Shown in pieces: positions 27,012 to 32,000 of a stretch of DNA of 32,000 nucleotides. The notes beneath the pieces are model-generated. The model was not told where the DNA came from. It saw nothing but the letters and a program-made list of their open reading frames with translations, and searched no databases. The stretch is from Promethearchaeota archaeon (GTDB lineage: Archaea > Asgardarchaeota > Lokiarchaeia > Sigyniarchaeales > Promethearchaeaceae). Where the stretch lies: contig JAFGBS010000019.1 in assembly GCA_016933055.1 (NCBI GenBank), positions 1-32,000 on the forward strand. The letters are read 5' to 3'. How positions within the stretch are numbered: the first letter of the stretch is position 1; the number at the start of each line of letters is the position of its first letter. The translations under genes were made by a program, and so were the position numbers.

Positions 27012-27620
27012 ATGGTAAATTTTGAGGATATTGTAGACAAGTTGCGTTGTAAGCGTCTGTTCATTTTTGATTTCGATGAAACCTTAATTAATTTGAATGT
27101 TGATTGGGAGCAATTAAAGAAAGAACTCTCAAAATTGGTTAAGGAAAGATTTGGAATTACTATGAATTTTACTCCCATTATGGAAAAATTAGAGTACTTG
27201 AAAAATCAGATCACCGAGGAGGAGTATTCCTCCATTATGAATCAACTCAAACAAGGAGAGATAAATGCATTACAAACAAAATCCACTATCCAACCGGTAG
27301 GTCTTGAATTACTAAAAGAAATTCATTCAAATTTGATCCAAAAGTCACAAGAATCCAGATATATTACAATCCTTTCGAATAATTATACAGATACTATTCG
27401 GATGGGTGCTAAAAAATATGGGATTGATAGATTTATAGCATCGTATGTAGGGCGTGATATGGTAACGAAAATAAAACCTGAGATCGAAGGAATAGAAAAA
27501 ATACATAAGCAATTCCCAGATGTAAAGAAATCAGAAATTGTGTATTTTGGGGATAGTGAAAAATATGATAAAATGGTTGCACTGGCATATGGCGTAGACT
27601 TTTTTTTAATTAAAAGTTGA
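27012..27620 (+). CDS. HAD-superfamily hydrolase (phosphatase)
   Basis: Motif I IFDFDETL, motif II ILSNN, KIKP, motif IV YFGDSEKYD. Confidence 0.85.
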   Translation: MVNFEDIVDKLRCKRLFIFDFDETLINLNVDWEQLKKELSKLVKERFGITMNFTPIMEKLEYLKNQITEEEYSSIMNQLKQGEINALQTKSTIQPVGLELLKEIHSNLIQKSQESRYITILSNNYTDTIRMGAKKYGIDRFIASYVGRDMVTKIKPEIEGIEKIHKQFPDVKKSEIVYFGDSEKYDKMVALAYGVDFFLIKS

Positions 27621-27691
27621 TGGAAAATCCATTTTTTTATAAGTCCCAATAAATAAATTTCAGTAACTACTAAAGTACAACGATAAATCGC

Positions 27692-28366
27692 ATGACAGAT
27701 AAGAACGAAAAAAAGAAAAAGAAGAAGAGAAGATCGCGAAAATCAGACAATCCCGATGAATTTGATGAGAAAGATGTGATCGATGACGATGACGATGACG
27801 ATCCGATGAAATATTTCCAAAAAATGATGGATAGCTTGGGCAAGAGAATGGGTGTTGATTTTTCAAAAGTAGTACGGGATTTAATGAAACAATTCTACCC
27901 CGATATGGAAGATATGGATGAGGAAGAATTACAAAAGTTTATGAAAGAAAACCTTGCTCGAATGGGAGCTAAACCTGTGGTATTTGGATTTAATATGACT
28001 CCTGGTAAGGATGGATTTCCAAAATTTGAGCGTTTTGGAAATGTAGAACCCAAACCTTACGGTGAAACGGTTGTCAAGGACGAAAGAGAACCCTTAGTAG
28101 ATATTATGGAAGAGGAAAATGAAGTTATTGTAGTAGCAGAGATTCCTGGATGTGCTAAGGAAAATATTGAATTAAAGGCTACGGATTCGTCATTAACTAT
28201 TATTGCATGTGATGAAGAAGATGTGAGAAAATATAATACTACAGTAGATCTCCCCTCTAGCATCAATCCCGATCATGCTCGCGCGCGATATCGAAATGGA
28301 ATTTTAGAAGTTAAATTAGAGAAAGTTCAAGGGAAACATAAAGGGAAAAAAATCTCTGTGGATTGA
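27692..28366 (+). CDS. hsp20: Archaeal small heat shock protein Hsp20 with a charged N-terminal extension
   Basis: Motifs: PVVFGFNM..G.P.FERFGN, REPLVDIMEE..VIVVAEIPG..KENIEL, LPSSINPD.ARARYRNGILEVKL. Confidence 0.9.
   Translation: MTDKNEKKKKKKRRSRKSDNPDEFDEKDVIDDDDDDDPMKYFQKMMDSLGKRMGVDFSKVVRDLMKQFYPDMEDMDEEELQKFMKENLARMGAKPVVFGFNMTPGKDGFPKFERFGNVEPKPYGETVVKDEREPLVDIMEEENEVIVVAEIPGCAKENIELKATDSSLTIIACDEEDVRKYNTTVDLPSSINPDHARARYRNGILEVKLEKVQGKHKGKKISVD
27782..27802 (+). repeat. In-frame (GATGAC)3GAT microsatellite encoding D7
   Basis: Read directly from the sequence. Confidence 0.8.
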
Positions 28367-28615
28367 ACAATATTTTATTTTTCTATTTTATTATGAAGAT
28401 TTCTCGGTCAATACTAATCCTATGATATTAAAAATAAGAAGAAAGAAATAACGACAAGAAAATCTACGAAATTTAGATCAATAACATCCCCACATTATAC
28501 TTATACTACCTACTTTTATTTTAGAAAGATCATAGTTGTAGATAATCTTAAAGGTCACAAATTTCTATTATCTTTTTGTAAAGACTGTAAAGAGTGAAAA
28601 TAAGACTGATTTGTC

Positions 28616-30436
28616 ATGTCATACGAGAACATTTCAGAGGAAGAGAAAGAACTCTACCTCGAGGTTTTAAGGGAAGGAACCACCCCCTTTGATAGATTTG
28701 TAAGTCGTGGAGATATAGAAGACGTAATAGACATCCCTCGAAGCCGTCAAACTATCGATCGGAACGTTTTCCGAGCTGTGCAGCAGACCCAATTGGATCA
28801 ATCAACACGATTAATTCCCATTCTCGGAGCTGCGGGTACGGGTAAAACACACGCCTATTGGGCTTATAAGGATCGAGAGCGCAAAATGCTCATAACTGAT
28901 GATACCGCGGAAGAACTTGTTTATGAAGGACCTAGTGGATGGACGATTGTGTATGTTCCAAGCCCACCTGCGTCGATTCGTATTTTATTACATGTTTATT
29001 CCTGCATAATTGATGAAATGGGTGCAGATATTCTCAAGATCGTATCCGGTAAATTAGTAAAGAAGTGGGGCGGTAAAAAGAAAAAGCATTTAGGATTATT
29101 TGGTTCAGCAGACATTGAAGAAGTGATTCAGGCTGGCATACGAAACTATCCGGGAGTGTTCGCGGATTGCGTGAAAGCCTTAGTTATTTACGAAATGGAT
29201 AAAGACAGAAAAGTGCTTGCTGAACGTTGGCTACTCGGAGAGGATTTAGATGAAGAAGAATTGGACATCCTTGGTATTAACTCGGTTATTGAAGAAGATG
29301 ATATTTGTCTTGCAATGATCAAACTCCTAACTGAACATACTGATAAAACAATTGTTTTATATTTAGATGAGTTGGAATCCCCATACCGAATGCATGGTCC
29401 CGATGCTGAACGAAAATTTTTGGAAATAATCAAACGGTTATATAATGAAGTCAAAAATCTGGTTATAATTATCGCCGTATTGAAAGAAATCTGGCCACGT
29501 ATTTTAGAAATTGCAGATATGCCCTTGCGATCGCGAATGGAACCAGAACATGAACTTCAAAACTGGACCCATGATGATCTTAAACTATATTTTGCTAAAT
29601 CTATGCTCCATTTCTGGAATCAGAATAATCTCAATCCACCAACATATCCATTATTTCCTCTAAATGACCAAGTATTGAATTCGATTTACCATAAAACTGA
29701 TGGAAATCAGAGGTCTATCATTAAACTCATACGGATATTTGTAGATAAAATTATTTCTGGTGAGATGACCCTTGAAGAACTCATGAAAGACGAATCCATT
29801 GTACCTGTTGCCAAACCGGAGTTGTTTAAAAGCGAAATTGATGAAGAAATCAAGAAACTCGCAGCAGAAGCGAAAAGCCAGGGTTCAACCAAAGAATCTC
29901 TAGCAGAAGCAATTGAAAAAATGATGCAGGAGGAAGATTTTATAATTGAGGTAAATCAACCTTCCGTTGCAGCTGCGGCATTGAAATGCATTAAAATAAT
30001 AGGAGATAAAAACAAATACGATTATAATGTGGATTTGGAATTTAAATTCCCATTAGGTCGTCGTAAAGTAACTCTCGCAGGTTTAGTAACCTATAATAAT
30101 CGTAGAATAGCACTTGAAGTACCTGCTGTAAAAGATTTTGATCGATCAGGGGGAGTTGCTGCATTTTATGCTGCTCAACGCATTCAAAACGCAATTATGC
30201 AAAACCAAATTGATGAAGCCATACTTATCGTTCCCGAAAACACCAAGGGTCAAAAATATCAATCGATTTTAAGTCAATATTCTCAAATTAACATAATCGA
30301 GCTAGATAATGAAGACGGTGAAACATTATTACGAGGAGCTGGAGCAGGAAAACCTTCAGTAGAGGGTTATGAAATTGCACAAATAATATTTCCAGAATTA
30401 CCAGATTACACACCTGAAGAAGAATCGGCTGAGTAA
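28616..30436 (+). CDS. P-loop/AAA+ ATPase, BrxD/DUF2791-like, with an extra C-terminal alpha/beta domain
   Basis: Walker A GAAGTGKT (28826), 'ERWLLGEDL', Walker B VLYLDELES, sensor/lid region LRSRME. The family assignment is by resemblance only. Confidence 0.6.
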   Translation: MSYENISEEEKELYLEVLREGTTPFDRFVSRGDIEDVIDIPRSRQTIDRNVFRAVQQTQLDQSTRLIPILGAAGTGKTHAYWAYKDRERKMLITDDTAEELVYEGPSGWTIVYVPSPPASIRILLHVYSCIIDEMGADILKIVSGKLVKKWGGKKKKHLGLFGSADIEEVIQAGIRNYPGVFADCVKALVIYEMDKDRKVLAERWLLGEDLDEEELDILGINSVIEEDDICLAMIKLLTEHTDKTIVLYLDELESPYRMHGPDAERKFLEIIKRLYNEVKNLVIIIAVLKEIWPRILEIADMPLRSRMEPEHELQNWTHDDLKLYFAKSMLHFWNQNNLNPPTYPLFPLNDQVLNSIYHKTDGNQRSIIKLIRIFVDKIISGEMTLEELMKDESIVPVAKPELFKSEIDEEIKKLAAEAKSQGSTKESLAEAIEKMMQEEDFIIEVNQPSVAAAALKCIKIIGDKNKYDYNVDLEFKFPLGRRKVTLAGLVTYNNRRIALEVPAVKDFDRSGGVAAFYAAQRIQNAIMQNQIDEAILIVPENTKGQKYQSILSQYSQINIIELDNEDGETLLRGAGAGKPSVEGYEIAQIIFPELPDYTPEEESAE

Positions 30437-30444
30437 TTGTTATT

Positions 30445-31134
30445 TTATTTCCTTTTTTCTTTTGTAAAAATTCGACGAATTAGTTTTGCTAGTCCTGTTT
30501 CTTCATCGTAGGAAATGAGGTTCGCCTTCCGTAAGTCAAACACTGCACGCAGTACCATTGCCCCTGATATGCCTGTCGCTCCTTTAATTTCATCTTTACT
30601 CATTTCTTCCTTATCTCCATGTAATAAATCTAAAATTCGGTAATGAGGTGTTGCGTCATAAATTTCACTGATAAGAACTCCATAAATCTTCAGTAAATTC
30701 TTTATCTCCTCTAAATCAAACTCTTTCCGTTGAGCAGCCGTGGCGATTTCTTGAAAAGTCTTTAATTCTTCTTTTAAAATCTCATATTCTTGCAATAGTT
30801 CTTTTTGTTTCGAGGTTAATTCTCCAATTTTTACTTCTTTTTCCTTGGATTCTATCTTTAAAATACGTGCTTCGGTTTTTAACTCATTTTTCTCTAATTC
30901 CAAAGAATCTTTCATATTTTCTATATCTTGTTTCTCAGAACTTAGTCGATTTATTTCTTCTGACAGTCGGATTTTTTCCTCTTCTAATTCATTTTTTTTT
31001 TGTTCCAATTTTTCAAGATTAGTTTTTGTTTCAACTAATATTTGTGAAATTTCAGTGAAAACATTGCTTAATTTTTCTTCTGTAATACCCATGTAGGTGA
31101 TAGCTCGTTCTATCTTGTCAATTTCGTTTTTCAT
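30445..31134 (-). CDS. Coiled-coil protein with a C-terminal winged helix-turn-helix
   Basis: Regular heptads (LEEEKIR LSEEINR LSSEKQD IENMKDS LELEKNE LKTEARI LKIESKE), followed by RILDLLH..MSKDEIKGATGISGAMVLRAVFDLRKANLISYD. Confidence 0.75.
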   Translation of the reverse strand: MKNEIDKIERAITYMGITEEKLSNVFTEISQILVETKTNLEKLEQKKNELEEEKIRLSEEINRLSSEKQDIENMKDSLELEKNELKTEARILKIESKEKEVKIGELTSKQKELLQEYEILKEELKTFQEIATAAQRKEFDLEEIKNLLKIYGVLISEIYDATPHYRILDLLHGDKEEMSKDEIKGATGISGAMVLRAVFDLRKANLISYDEETGLAKLIRRIFTKEKRK

Positions 31135-31179
31135 AATGTAATATCTCCCGATTTTTTATTAATACTAACCCAAATCGAG

Positions 31180-31320
31180 ATTATATTTGTTGTGTTTTTA
31201 TCTTGGTGATGAAATACTTTCATTCAGTTAGGTCCCGAAACTCAAAAGATAATACTTGGGGAAAACGTTTATAGAGCAATTTATCTAATGTATTTAGTGA
31301 TATTATCTTATTATATTTGT
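31180..31320. repeat. 11-bp direct repeat ATTATATTTGT (31180-31190 and 31310-31320) in a divergent promoter region
   Basis: Two exact copies 130 bp apart; AT-rich. Confidence 0.4.
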
Positions 31321-31408
31321 CGGAAGCGACAGAATTAATAAAATGGCATAATTCGATGGCACGTTCCGACAAAAGTCAAAATATCACACACAAAAATGAG
31401 GGCTTAAA

Positions 31409-32000
31409 GTGAAACCAGATCTGTATAGTAGTCTTGGTGCATTTTCGAACAAAACTCGGATGGAAATAGTACGATTATTATTCCAAATCGGCAATCCCGT
31501 TGGTTTTACAAAATTGATGGAAGGGATCGGGTGTGATCCCGCAAATTCCTCCAATCTTGCAAATCATTTAAAAAAATTAGTAGAATTGGGTTTAGTTGAA
31601 AAAGATTCCAGTACCTATGCTCTTACCAAGTTAGGACTACAACTTTATGATCAAATTGATGGTATCGAAAAAACAATAGAAGAACATAACAAGGATATAC
31701 TAGTACGTACTTCCGATTTCTGTTTTGAGTCTTTTGATGAGAGAAAAATCACTGAAAATCTTATTAGAGAGGCTGATTTTTCGGAAGAAGAAGCCTTTTC
31801 TCTTGCAAAAATCGCAAAGCGTAAATTATTAACTGCAGAAATCACCTATCTAACAGCTCCCCTCATCCGTGAGTATATGAATGTCATTTTATTGGAGGAA
31901 GGAAAAGAAGAGGCACGACATAAACTTACACGTTTGGGATTACCTCCGTTTGACGTAAAACAGTTACTACATCAAGGGAATTTTGAAACAAGTATAATGC
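31409..32000 (+). CDS. 3'-truncated ArsR-like wHTH + ATP-cone + NrdD-like (class III ribonucleotide reductase family) fusion; absent from the ORF track
   Basis: GTG at 31409 after GAGGG. Manual translation: KPDLYSSLGAFSNKTRMEIVRLL..LANHLKKLVELGLVEK..YALTKLG (wHTH); VRTSDFCFESFDERKITENLIREA (ATP-cone); LTAPLIREYMNVILLEEG.EEARHKLTRLGLPPFDV (as in archaeal NrdD N-termini). Open to the window end. Confidence 0.75.
   Translation, partial: MKPDLYSSLGAFSNKTRMEIVRLLFQIGNPVGFTKLMEGIGCDPANSSNLANHLKKLVELGLVEKDSSTYALTKLGLQLYDQIDGIEKTIEEHNKDILVRTSDFCFESFDERKITENLIREADFSEEEAFSLAKIAKRKLLTAEITYLTAPLIREYMNVILLEEGKEEARHKLTRLGLPPFDVKQLLHQGNFETSIM

Noticed and set aside
806-30436. A dispersed BREX or R-M defence system formed by the two MTases and the BrxD-like ATPase
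   Set aside because: The genes are 6-25 kb apart, with no PglZ, BrxC, helicase or nuclease in the window.
31180-31320. NrdR box
   Set aside because: Neither strand aligns to the palindromic NrdR consensus without a gap.
1282-31845. The many 60-150 aa ORFs antisense to or nested in long genes (e.g. 3920-4378, 7880-8182, 11304-11612, 15963-16265, 27660-27866, 31651-31845)
   Set aside because: They are shadows of well-supported genes on the other strand or frame, with no motifs of their own.
1-32000. CRISPR array, IS element or rRNA
   Set aside because: No regularly spaced repeats, transposase motifs or rRNA-like sequence were seen by eye.

Overview
AT-rich archaeal chromosomal segment. The gene content points to an Asgard archaeon, most likely Lokiarchaeia/Promethearchaeota; this is inferred from two Rab-like small GTPases, longin/roadblock-type proteins, a Uba3-like E1 enzyme, a BHB-intron tRNA and an archaeal Hsp20. 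The window holds about 26 CDS and two tRNAs (Val-GAC with a 26-nt intron; Gly-GCC). No CRISPR array, rRNA, integrase or transposase was seen. The left part has a nuclease-less type ISP-like DNA methyltransferase, a non-pyrrolysine MttB-family methyltransferase convergent with a MesA-like core methionine synthase, a minus-strand run (5-formyl-THF cyclo-ligase, Rab-like GTPase, PIG-L deacetylase, larB), an orphan beta-class DNA MTase and two paralogous PAS/GAF hybrid histidine kinases. The right part is an 11-kb plus-strand run: a longin/uDENN-like + degenerate GTPase + roadblock-like protein with an unresolved start, a kdgK-SDR-flavoprotein module, a Rab-like GTPase, a Uba3-like E1 with a large insertion, a HAD hydrolase, Hsp20 and a BrxD-like ATPase. 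It is followed by a coiled-coil/winged-helix protein and the start of an HTH-ATP-cone-NrdD-like fusion that the ORF track missed. Best leads: the pseudo-GTPase fusion, the Rab-E1 gene pair and the MttB/MesA pair. All family calls are from motif recognition by eye; no searches were run.
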